Part shown: positions 49,746 to 59,196 of the stretch, piece by piece
Position numbering within the stretch: position 1 is the stretch's first letter
Layout: every line of letters starts with the position of its first letter
Assembly: GCA_044359815.1 (NCBI GenBank)
Contig: JBIKLL010000009.1
Span: 1-62,773 of the forward strand
DNA from: Pseudobdellovibrionaceae bacterium
GTDB lineage: Bacteria; Bdellovibrionota; Bdellovibrionia; Bdellovibrionales; Bdellovibrionaceae
Direction: 5' to 3'
Length of the DNA: 62,773 nucleotides
Position numbers and translations under genes: made by a program
Notes under the pieces: model-generated
Told to the model about the DNA's origin: nothing
Database searches by the model: none
The model's input: the letters and a program-made list of their open reading frames with translations, nothing else

Positions 49746-50103
49746 CAAAAAGAGACCGCAAAAAGAGACCGTACAGCTTTTTCTGTCTACAGAGCGCAAT
49801 AATAAAAAACTGAAAAGCCATAATTCTGTTTATAAAAATAATCTATATTCACAGTTTTAAAAACGAGTTCGGACGTTAAGCTGCGCGGATGATTTACATT
49901 CTTTGATTACATAAATGCGTGCAGCTTTACGCCCGCTGTTTGAGTTTTTAAGATTGTGAATATAGATTATTTTTATAAACGGAATTATGGCTTTTCGGGG
50001 TTGTTGTTTTATTATTGCGCTCTGTAGACAGAAAAAGCTGCACGGTCTCTTTTTGCGCTGTAGACAGAAAAAGCTGCACGGTCTCTTTTTCGGTCTATTT
50101 TTG
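49746..50103. repeat. Family B palindromic element, full copy with core inverted relative to the 40.4 kb copy
   Basis: Terminal IR ~49759-49807/50007-50055, middle arms 49812-49853/49955-49996, core 49852-49956 (95/105 identical to reverse complement of 40480-40584), terminal tandem duplications. Confidence 0.93.
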
Positions 50104-51471
50104 CTTTTGTAGGTAGCGGCGAAACGAATTCATCACAATCAGATGAGCCTTGGCCTGAGTGTAGACATAAACGTACCAGGGCAGCATGGGCTGATAATCA
50201 TGAATGGCAGCCAATACGTATTTGCGATTCAAGACAACCCGAAACTCTAAGCGACCGCGGTTTTCAGCATGTACTAAAAATCCTTTGACTATGTACAACA
50301 GCTGTCTGTCAGCATTGCTGCGATCTGTATTTAGCTTTAACTCAATCAAGACCACCTTGGATCCAAAAATACAAAATGCCAATGAAGAACCAAAAATTTG
50401 AACTTTTAAAAATGGAGTCAAGTATCTGGGAAGCCATTCAAAATATTGGGCCTTGACCCAATCAGCATTTTTACCCTGGGGTAAGGGTAATCGCTGCACT
50501 GATCGAACGGTCTTGGATCGAGCCCGAAATTGAAACAGCGACCTGGCTGAGTAGGTTTTGACGGAAACGCCCTCTAATAATTCTTTGTAGCTTTTATTAT
50601 CAGAGCCTTTTAAAAGTTGACGGTCTTTGCGCGCCACCATTTCGTGTTCCAAGGATTCCACCAAGGGGTAAACCAGATCTTTGGGGGTTCCTGTGATCAA
50701 GCACACCCACATTCTGGACAGTGTTGGAGTAAAAAAGGGCACGGTAAAAAAGAATCTTTTCACACCCAATCGTTCTGCGGTTTCCCTCATCATTTGCAAA
50801 TAGGTAATGGGTTCGCATCCCGCCAAATCATAGATTTTACCGATGCATTCATTATTGAGTGATGCTTCTGTCAGCGAAGTCAGCACTGTTTCCAGATCAA
50901 CAGGTGTATTCAGTGTCTGCGTCCAGGCTGGGCAAATCATAATCGGTAATCTTTTGACCAGCTTCAACAAAATCTGAAACGATGATCCACCGGGCCCCAA
51001 AATCAACCCAGCTCGAAAAACTGTCATCGGAAGCTTAAACTGTGCAAAGGTTTCCTCAACCTCAAGCCGGCTTTGTAAATGCAACGATAAATTTTTGTCC
51101 TGTGGAACGATGCCACCTAAATAGATCAATTGCTTTAAATTGATTTTGCTTAAGGCTCTGGCAAAATTATCAGCCAAAATTAAATCATAATCAGCAAAAG
51201 ATCCTTGATCCAGATTGGCAGTAGGCCCCATCGAATGAACCAGATACAGCGCCAAATCAGCAGATTCTGGTAATGCCGTCTCAATGGATTTTAATGAAAA
51301 CAAATCGCAGGCCTTCCATTGAACGCGGGGATCGTCTGTCATTTGTTGGCTGCGTGACAGTGCAGTGATCGTGGCATTGGGAAATTTCTGTAACAATTTT
51401 GGAATAACTGCTTTGCCTATGTACCCGCTGGCTCCGGCAATAATAATTTTTGTGGCATTGGGATTCAACAT
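50095..51471 (-). CDS. NAD(P)-binding epimerase/SDR protein, YbjT-like
   Basis: IIIAGASGYIG, YLVHSM, HLQSRLEVE. Confidence 0.88.
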   Translation of the reverse strand: MLNPNATKIIIAGASGYIGKAVIPKLLQKFPNATITALSRSQQMTDDPRVQWKACDLFSLKSIETALPESADLALYLVHSMGPTANLDQGSFADYDLILADNFARALSKINLKQLIYLGGIVPQDKNLSLHLQSRLEVEETFAQFKLPMTVFRAGLILGPGGSSFQILLKLVKRLPIMICPAWTQTLNTPVDLETVLTSLTEASLNNECIGKIYDLAGCEPITYLQMMRETAERLGVKRFFFTVPFFTPTLSRMWVCLITGTPKDLVYPLVESLEHEMVARKDRQLLKGSDNKSYKELLEGVSVKTYSARSLFQFRARSKTVRSVQRLPLPQGKNADWVKAQYFEWLPRYLTPFLKVQIFGSSLAFCIFGSKVVLIELKLNTDRSNADRQLLYIVKGFLVHAENRGRLEFRVVLNRKYVLAAIHDYQPMLPWYVYVYTQAKAHLIVMNSFRRYLQKQK

Positions 51472-51620
51472 AACAAGCGATCCTGACAATAATATAATAA
51501 TAAAATCATCGCACGGCTTAGGTGGCCATACAATTTATAAATTCTAATATCCAGCACCAAGCATTTAATTTGCTAACAGCCCTAAAAATCACTAACCTTT
51601 TAGTCGATCAAAGGATCTTT

Positions 51621-53051
51621 ATGAATATTGTAATCAGAGGTTATTTGTGTTTGTTTTTTTGGGTTGCCGTCGGGTTTCCTTTAACAGTTAATGCCTTCAC
51701 TGAAAAAGATTTTGAAAATCTGGTTCGCGCTGATAACGTAGAAATCAAAGCTCTCTACGACAGATTCGAAGCCTTAAAATCAAATCAAGAGGAAGCCGAA
51801 CTTATTTATGGCTGGCAGGCAGTGGGCGGATTAAATTCCAGAATGGATAAACGTCCTTCGGATGATCCTAATTTTACCTATGACTCAATAAAAACCACGG
51901 GTGTTCAGTTTGGATTGCAAAAAGCATTCAGCTTTGGTTTGGAAAGCAAGTTGTCATTGAATTCCACACAAACTGAAATCACAAACGGCAACGCGGGTTC
52001 TGGTAATTTTGATTCGAAAATTTGGGAAACTCAGCCTACTTTGGATTTAAAACTGCCATTGCTATCAGGTGGCTTTGGCAGAAAGATTCGGGCAGAGTAT
52101 CAATCAGAAGTTTTTCGTAAAAGACTAGCGGCCTTGGAAGCTGAATCCCTCTATGACAGCAAAATGAACGAGGCCAAGATTTTGTTGTGGTCGACCATTT
52201 TACAAAAAGAACAATTGGCATCACAAACCGAGACCTTGAATCGCATTCAAAAAATCTATCAAATCGTCAGCAGAAAAGCCGCTCTAAACCTGGAGGCCTC
52301 GTCAAATTTTTTACAAACCAGATCTGCTTTAGAGTCCGCTGAATTGGATTTAAAAAACGCACAACTGAAATACAGTCAGTTGGAACGACTGCTAAATTTA
52401 GTTCTTAAAAAAATAAATGGCATTCAAGTGCCAAAATATGATTTCAATAAATTTAGAAAAGTTGATTTAAAAAACTATGCTCACAAGGTCACTCCAGAGC
52501 AAAAAATGATGAGCATTTCTGAGGATCTGCAAAATCAAACAGCTATTGCCGTACAAGAGATGAATCGCTCGCGATTGGATTTGGTAGCCTCGCTGGCAGT
52601 CAGTGGGCAAGACCGGGACTGGAATGAATCTTACAATCAATCGCGCAATGGACGATATCCAACTCAGTTTTTTGGCATTCAGTGGGTAATTCCTTTTGAT
52701 CAGGGCATTACCTCCCGAGCCATTCATCGTCAGGAAATCATTTCTAAAGCAGCTCTGGCAAAGCAGCAATATCTGCAGACTGAACAGAAACAAGCTTTGT
52801 TGAACGACCTTGTCGATCAAGTAAATCAAATGGTCGATATGCTGTCGTTGAATCTGCGCCTGGAAAAAACTCAGGGCGAAAAATTAAAAAACGAAAGACA
52901 GCTTTTAAACCAGGGTCGGTCATCGATTTACCAGGTTTTACAATTTGAGCTGGATTTAGCCAGAGCTCAAGCAGGAAAATTTTTATTAGCGCTGGAATTA
53001 GAAAAGGCCTACCAACAATTGGCCCAGTATAGGTATGAATCTTATGAATAA
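51621..53051 (+). CDS. TolC-family outer membrane protein
   Basis: Signal peptide, helical repeats, GRSSIYQVLQFE; directly upstream of an RND gene. Confidence 0.82.
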   Translation: MNIVIRGYLCLFFWVAVGFPLTVNAFTEKDFENLVRADNVEIKALYDRFEALKSNQEEAELIYGWQAVGGLNSRMDKRPSDDPNFTYDSIKTTGVQFGLQKAFSFGLESKLSLNSTQTEITNGNAGSGNFDSKIWETQPTLDLKLPLLSGGFGRKIRAEYQSEVFRKRLAALEAESLYDSKMNEAKILLWSTILQKEQLASQTETLNRIQKIYQIVSRKAALNLEASSNFLQTRSALESAELDLKNAQLKYSQLERLLNLVLKKINGIQVPKYDFNKFRKVDLKNYAHKVTPEQKMMSISEDLQNQTAIAVQEMNRSRLDLVASLAVSGQDRDWNESYNQSRNGRYPTQFFGIQWVIPFDQGITSRAIHRQEIISKAALAKQQYLQTEQKQALLNDLVDQVNQMVDMLSLNLRLEKTQGEKLKNERQLLNQGRSSIYQVLQFELDLARAQAGKFLLALELEKAYQQLAQYRYESYE

Positions 53052-56000
53052 TATTTTTGCTTTTTTTGTCCACAACTGGAAGTTTTCATTTTTAACCACA
53101 GCATTTATTTTTATTGTGGGGATATTGAGCTTCAATTTGCTTCAGCGCGAATCCTATCCCCCGGTTAATTTTGCGGTGGTTTCCGTCACCACAGTTTTTC
53201 CAGGAGCTTCACCCGAAGAGGTCCAAGACAAAGTCACACAGACTATCGAAGAAGAGCTTCGCGGAATAGCTGGCATCAAAGACGTCCGTTCAGTTTCGCA
53301 GAGTGATTTAAGCGATATCACAGTCAGGATTGATATCGACGGCATAGATTCAGATGAAGTTGTTTCAGATATCCAAAAAGCCGTCCAGCGTGCCACCGGA
53401 AAGCTGCCCCCAGAGGTCACCGATGCTCCGCTGGTTATGGAGGTTGATGCCAAGGAAATTCCAGTTCTGGAATTAGCACTGATAGGTGATAACAAAGATC
53501 GCAGACGTGATATTTTAGCAGACCAGTTGCAAGACGAAATCGAAGACGTAAAAGGGGTTTCTTCGGTGCGGTTAAGCGGTTATTTGGACCGTGAGCTGCA
53601 GGTTTTGTTGGATCAAAAAAAACTGCGATCCTACGGCATTGGTTTGGCAGAGGTTTTTTCGGCGTTATCACAGCAAATTAAAAACGTCCCTTCGGGTTAT
53701 ATTGACGACCGCGAAACAATCAGCTTGGTCCGTGTGTTTGGCAAGAAAGTTAAGATTGCTGATCTAGAAAACGTAATTGTTCGATCAAACGATGCGGGCC
53801 AGACGGTGCAAATCCGTGACATCGGCCGTGTGGTTGATGCGGGTAAAAAGCCCACGCTGCTTGCGCGTATAAACGGTGAGGAAGCCACTATTTTGGTGAC
53901 TACCAAAAAAGCAGATGCCGATGCTTTAAAAGTTTTGGATGAGGTTGATAAAAGGGTTGCCCAATTTGAAAAGACCCTAGAAAAGTCCCACAAAATTTTA
54001 GTCTACAATGACGAAGGCGCCCGCATTCGCAATCGATTGGATATTGTCACATTTAATGCTCTGTCTGGTATGGCCATAGTTTTGATGGTTCTGTTTATAT
54101 TTTTACCTGGCAAGGCAGGATTGCTGAGCAGTTTGAGTTTGCCTATTTGCGGTGTTGCCACTGTGGCCGTGATGGTATTTTTAGGTGCGAACTTTAACAT
54201 CATCACCATGATTGCTTTAATTATATGTTTGGGAAATCTGGTGGATAATTCGGTCGTGATTTCTGAAAACTACACCAGCCTTATCGAAAATGGGATGTCT
54301 GGTTCCGAGGCCGCTATCAAGTCAGCTAGGCAGTTTGTGATTCCTTTCACGGCGTCGACCATCACAATTATTTCGGCATTCATACCCATGCTGGTCACTA
54401 AGGGGGTGATGGGGCAGTTTATCAAATGGATTCCTGTGGTGGTCACCATTGCCCTGACGATCAGTTTGATTGAATCACTGACTTTATTACCGGCTCGGTT
54501 GCAGTTTTTAAAACCCAGGGCTAAAAAAGTTTCCGCAGCAGACTGGTTTGTTAAAGTCGAAAATAAATTTCAGAATTTGATCCGGTGGACCCTTGAACGT
54601 AAATACCTGACTGTCATTTCGTTAACGGGTTTGATTTTTTCTGGAGTTTTTGTCACAGCGATGTTTAATCGTTTTGAGCTTTTTCCGGCTGACGGGGTTG
54701 AATATTACGTCGCCAGATTTGAAGCCAAACCTGATACAAGTATTTATCGAACGGATCAATTGGCGGCTCAGGTTTCAAAATCTGTTTTGGCTGTAATGGA
54801 TCCAGAGGTTGTTCAATCAGTGATTGCCCGCACGGGTGTATCGCAAACTGATCCCGCAGATCCCAGAACAAAGGTTGGCACTAATGTGGGGATTATTTTG
54901 GTAGCTATAAAACCAGATAAAGCTCCAGATCTGAGTGTGAAAAAAACTCTGGCGACACTGAAAGAAATTAAAAAACCAGATGAGCTAGAAAAATTAACCT
55001 TTGAGCCCATTGAGTCCGGCCCACCCATTGGTAAGCCGCTGACGATGACATTACGTTCATCAGATTATCAGCAGCTCAGTGAAGCCCGCCACGCGATGCT
55101 GGCAGAGCTTGCTAAGGTTCAAGGATTAATTGACCTTGAGGACGACGAGCAAACCACCGGTGATGAGTTTTTGTTTGATCCCAACGACGAGGCCCGTGCC
55201 TACGCCGGTCTATCAACGGATCAGATTGGATTAAATCTCAGAACGGCTTTAGAGGGCTCGACAGCTGCCAGGTTGACAGAGTTTGGGAAAGATTTTGATT
55301 TGGTAATACGTTTTGATGAAACCAGCCGAAACAACATCGATGATTTAAAAAAAGTCGAAGTTTTAACTCCCAAGGGAAATTTGATCCCATTGACATCATT
55401 AGGGCAGTTTACAAAAGGGCAGGCTCCAAAAACCAAAAAGAAATTCGAATATAAAAATTCAATCACCATTACCTCAGAAGTCGATAACGTAAATGTGACC
55501 TCGCAATCGGCCAATGATTTAGCTCGGGATATTTTTTTAAAGATGAGCGACAAATACCCATTAGTGAGTGCGATTTTTGGTGGTGAAGAAGAAAGCACAA
55601 ACGAATCACTACAGTCATTGCAGATTGCTTTGATTCTGGCGCTTTTTGGAATTTTTGCGACCTTGGTTTTTACTTTTGGCAGCTATTCACAATCGATTTT
55701 AGTTTTGTCGACAATTCCGCTGGGATTGGTTGGAGTGTTTTATTCATTCACCGTCATCAGCAGACCGTTAAGTTTTTTAGCATTTATCGGAGTGGTGGGA
55801 TTAACAGGAGTGGTCATAAACTCTGCCATTATTTTGGTGGATTATATTCGTGAATTGCAGGCTCAAAGGGGAGCTCAGGTCAGTCTGAAAGAGCTTCTGA
55901 TTGAAGCTTCTGGCAAAAGACTCCGTGCGGTTTTAGCCACTGGATTGACGACAGTCGTAGGATTGCTGCCCACAGCATTTGGGTTGGGTGGTTACGACGC

Positions 56001-56133
56001 TATTTTAGTTGATATTACTTTGGCGCTTTCGTGGGGCATGATCATAGGCACAATTTTAACTTTGATTTGGATTCCCGCAGGTTTTTTAATACTCAGTGAT
56101 CTTAAAAAACTGATTCTTTCGAAAGTCATGTGA
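53035..56133 (+). CDS. RND efflux transporter, AcrB/AcrD/AcrF family
   Basis: FPGASPEEV, LVDNSVVISEN, GVVINSAIILVD, RLRAVLAT; 1032 aa. Confidence 0.93.
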   Translation: MNLMNNIFAFFVHNWKFSFLTTAFIFIVGILSFNLLQRESYPPVNFAVVSVTTVFPGASPEEVQDKVTQTIEEELRGIAGIKDVRSVSQSDLSDITVRIDIDGIDSDEVVSDIQKAVQRATGKLPPEVTDAPLVMEVDAKEIPVLELALIGDNKDRRRDILADQLQDEIEDVKGVSSVRLSGYLDRELQVLLDQKKLRSYGIGLAEVFSALSQQIKNVPSGYIDDRETISLVRVFGKKVKIADLENVIVRSNDAGQTVQIRDIGRVVDAGKKPTLLARINGEEATILVTTKKADADALKVLDEVDKRVAQFEKTLEKSHKILVYNDEGARIRNRLDIVTFNALSGMAIVLMVLFIFLPGKAGLLSSLSLPICGVATVAVMVFLGANFNIITMIALIICLGNLVDNSVVISENYTSLIENGMSGSEAAIKSARQFVIPFTASTITIISAFIPMLVTKGVMGQFIKWIPVVVTIALTISLIESLTLLPARLQFLKPRAKKVSAADWFVKVENKFQNLIRWTLERKYLTVISLTGLIFSGVFVTAMFNRFELFPADGVEYYVARFEAKPDTSIYRTDQLAAQVSKSVLAVMDPEVVQSVIARTGVSQTDPADPRTKVGTNVGIILVAIKPDKAPDLSVKKTLATLKEIKKPDELEKLTFEPIESGPPIGKPLTMTLRSSDYQQLSEARHAMLAELAKVQGLIDLEDDEQTTGDEFLFDPNDEARAYAGLSTDQIGLNLRTALEGSTAARLTEFGKDFDLVIRFDETSRNNIDDLKKVEVLTPKGNLIPLTSLGQFTKGQAPKTKKKFEYKNSITITSEVDNVNVTSQSANDLARDIFLKMSDKYPLVSAIFGGEEESTNESLQSLQIALILALFGIFATLVFTFGSYSQSILVLSTIPLGLVGVFYSFTVISRPLSFLAFIGVVGLTGVVINSAIILVDYIRELQAQRGAQVSLKELLIEASGKRLRAVLATGLTTVVGLLPTAFGLGGYDAILVDITLALSWGMIIGTILTLIWIPAGFLILSDLKKLILSKVM

Positions 56134-56184
56134 CTGTGTGCGAATTTGCGACATTTTCAAGTGAATTTCAAAATAATCAATTTT

Positions 56185-57993
56185 TTAGGTTTCAATGGTT
56201 TCATATTTATAAACAAAGGGAGAATTAGTCAGAATACCGTCACAAATCACGTCTAATCCTTTGTCAACGCCTTGTTTTAATTCACTAAGTGAATCTAATT
56301 TAACTTCAAAAGGCATCTTTTTTCCATCTGATAATGGTACAAAACACTCAATTGGAATCATTCTCCGAAAAAAGAAATGGAAAGCATATTTCTGAGCTAA
56401 ATCAATTTCATGATCAGATAATCTATTCTTTTTTAGAGGAAGTGAATCAAGTATTCTATAATATTCCTCGGCAGAATTGGCATCTAAAGTTAATCCTTTG
56501 TTCTTTATCCAAGCTTCTCCAGCTACAATTACTGGGATTCCTCGGCTAGTCAGTTCAACTCCTGTCTTAGTTCCATAGATAATTACAGAATTGCAAAGTT
56601 CCATTGAAGAATAGGTGCTGATTTCGCTCTCAGGACCAATTACGAAAATATTTTTGGGTAAAACTTTATAATGCTTTTTCAATTCATTAACAACATTTTG
56701 ACGTGATGGTGTCATTCCTCTGATTTCAGCAGGATGAACTCTTATTAATAGTTGCAAATCAGGGCGCTTCGAAAAGTAGTCAATTGTTTTAATTAACCAA
56801 TCAAGCATACTGCTAAACGCATTTTTAGGGTAATGAAGCTGGGCATCCCAAATTACGTTTGTTAACAAACCAACAATTGGCTTATTTAAATCGATATTAG
56901 TTTCTTTAACTAATAAATTTTTTTCGGAATTTGGTTCGTTGTGAAACCAAATCCAGTCTTTTTTCCCTTGAGTCCTGTCATTAAGGTACTCCACTGTTTG
57001 TTGTTTTAGTTTACTTGAGAAATTTATACGGGCCCATTGCTCAATATCTTCATTCATTAATGTATGGTGATAGGTATTATCATGTGAAAAAATAAAACAT
57101 TTTTTTCGATATGCTGGGTTCCAATTTACGACTCTTACTTCGTGTTTTCTACAGACTTCTCCTACAATGCCTTGAGGAATGTAAATACCATGATGAAATA
57201 CCGCAACATCGTATTTTTTCTGAATCATTAAATTCTTTGTGGCAAAATAAGTTTGAAGTGCTGACTCAAAGTATTTTCTAAGTATTTGCACATAGCCTTC
57301 TTCAAAAGATGCGTCACCCATTGCAAAATATCGCAGACAACCGGCATAAGCATGTTCACCCAGACTGCAGCCTTCGAACTGAAAATTTCGTATTTCTTCT
57401 AACTTAACTTCACAAGCTAGTTTTTTGCTAAGTTCGAGTTCCTCTTTTGAAATGTGGTCAGAAATATCAATTACATTTAATCCTAAATCCGAAAAAACAG
57501 TCCTAAATTTTTTGCATTTCAAACAGTTTGACGGATGATTTTTCCATTCTTCGGAAGGTATGTCTTTCCAATCTTTAATGTTTTTTATTTTTAAGTTTAA
57601 GCAGGCGGAAAGCATTCCTTGGCAAACTAAAATGTCTACGTTGGCTCCTCGCAGTGTAAGCGCCGCAGCAAGTAAGCTTTCGACAACTGAGCCATTATGA
57701 TATCCGACCAAATTATTTGCTATCAAAACTTTTTTTTGATTGGGTCGATTGCTTTTTAGAAGAGCTGAATTCCATAAATCACCGTCTTTTGCGATTAATT
57801 CCCTCCAAGGAGGAGTTCGTGGGTCATTTACGATACCTTTAGGGTTATTTTCTTTGGTACCCTGAGGCTTCTTCTGGATGCTCCTAGTTATCAAGTGTTG
57901 ATTTTTTTTATAGTTTAAGCTCGAGCAATAAATTCTATCTTTAACAGATTTAAGTTTGATTCTCAGTCGCTTTAGAACTTGATTTATGTCCAA
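56185..57993 (-). CDS. Capsule polysaccharide biosynthesis/export-like protein
   Basis: TNVIWDA, IRVHPAE, YGTKTGVEL, PVIVAG (GT-B/KpsS-like). Confidence 0.75.
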   Translation of the reverse strand: MDINQVLKRLRIKLKSVKDRIYCSSLNYKKNQHLITRSIQKKPQGTKENNPKGIVNDPRTPPWRELIAKDGDLWNSALLKSNRPNQKKVLIANNLVGYHNGSVVESLLAAALTLRGANVDILVCQGMLSACLNLKIKNIKDWKDIPSEEWKNHPSNCLKCKKFRTVFSDLGLNVIDISDHISKEELELSKKLACEVKLEEIRNFQFEGCSLGEHAYAGCLRYFAMGDASFEEGYVQILRKYFESALQTYFATKNLMIQKKYDVAVFHHGIYIPQGIVGEVCRKHEVRVVNWNPAYRKKCFIFSHDNTYHHTLMNEDIEQWARINFSSKLKQQTVEYLNDRTQGKKDWIWFHNEPNSEKNLLVKETNIDLNKPIVGLLTNVIWDAQLHYPKNAFSSMLDWLIKTIDYFSKRPDLQLLIRVHPAEIRGMTPSRQNVVNELKKHYKVLPKNIFVIGPESEISTYSSMELCNSVIIYGTKTGVELTSRGIPVIVAGEAWIKNKGLTLDANSAEEYYRILDSLPLKKNRLSDHEIDLAQKYAFHFFFRRMIPIECFVPLSDGKKMPFEVKLDSLSELKQGVDKGLDVICDGILTNSPFVYKYETIET

Positions 57994-58074
57994 TTAATTC
58001 ACCTATTGATTTGAGCATTTTATTATACTAATCATTAGAGTGAAAACAAACCATTTCTTTATAGTGCTAAATTC

Positions 58075-59196
58075 TTGGTAAGGGAAGATTTTTTGGATGC
58101 TCAGGGTTTAACTTTTTTGACAGTGCTATACAATTGCGACGAACTTTTTGAGACTAACGTTGAAATTCTTTGTAAGTTGAATCCAAATTGTAAGATCAAC
58201 TGGATACTGGTCAAAAATGATGGACATGATTTTTTTGATATTAATTTAAAGCTCGATAGATTTAGAAATCAGATAAATTTTAAGTTTATACAAGGCCACC
58301 CTAATTTTTTTACACCTTTTGATGAAGGAAGCTATCATCATGCAGCAGGTATACATTTCGGTTTATTAGAGGTTTCCACAAGATTTTTAGTCATTGTTGA
58401 TCCTGATTTTTATGTGGTAAGGCCGAATTGGATTAACGAATTAATTAATCATATGGGACAAAATAATCTGTCTTTCTTCGGTTCGGTTTGGGACATTACT
58501 AATCGAGCCAAGCAACATGATTTTCCATCTGTGCACTTTATGGCTATTGACCTCAATAATATTCCAATTTACACCTTAGACTTTACACCCATTCTCAATA
58601 AATCCGCGCATATTCGTTCGATCGCTAACAATATAAAAGCAAAAATGCTTGATCTGAAATCAAGGGGTTTTATCACCATATCTAATTATTTATTTATCTT
58701 CATACTAATATTAAAGCGAAAGTGCAGCTTTGATACAGGATACAGGATCAGAAAATTATTTTATCGAAAAAGTGCATTTAAGCAGAATTATGAATTATTA
58801 AAATTTGTCCCGCACCCATTATTTATTGGAATATTAGAAAAAACTAGGAAAGTATTTCCCAGGTTTTTGAAAAACTGGCTTCCAGGATTTTTGGGATTAA
58901 TTCCTAACAAAATGACTAATAAGTCAGGATTTATCAGGAAAGTAGATCCAATTTTTTATAAGAATAATTGTTGGGAAGAGTTTAGATTTGGTAAGGATCC
59001 ATTTGCCTTCCATTGCAGAAGAGTTATTAACAGTTTTAGAGGGACGCTAGACAATACCGAAATGCCAATGCACCTCAAGGCGCGAAATCTGAGTCAAAAG
59101 ATCGTAAAACAGTATTTCAATATTGATATAGCAGAAAAAACAACTGACTTGAGAATTGAAAATGAAGGTCACAATAATGTCGTTTTTCATAAATAA
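58075..59196 (+). CDS. Glycosyltransferase family 2-like protein
   Basis: TVLYN, LVKND, SYHHAAGI, IVDPDF (DxD). Confidence 0.6.
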   Translation: MVREDFLDAQGLTFLTVLYNCDELFETNVEILCKLNPNCKINWILVKNDGHDFFDINLKLDRFRNQINFKFIQGHPNFFTPFDEGSYHHAAGIHFGLLEVSTRFLVIVDPDFYVVRPNWINELINHMGQNNLSFFGSVWDITNRAKQHDFPSVHFMAIDLNNIPIYTLDFTPILNKSAHIRSIANNIKAKMLDLKSRGFITISNYLFIFILILKRKCSFDTGYRIRKLFYRKSAFKQNYELLKFVPHPLFIGILEKTRKVFPRFLKNWLPGFLGLIPNKMTNKSGFIRKVDPIFYKNNCWEEFRFGKDPFAFHCRRVINSFRGTLDNTEMPMHLKARNLSQKIVKQYFNIDIAEKTTDLRIENEGHNNVVFHK

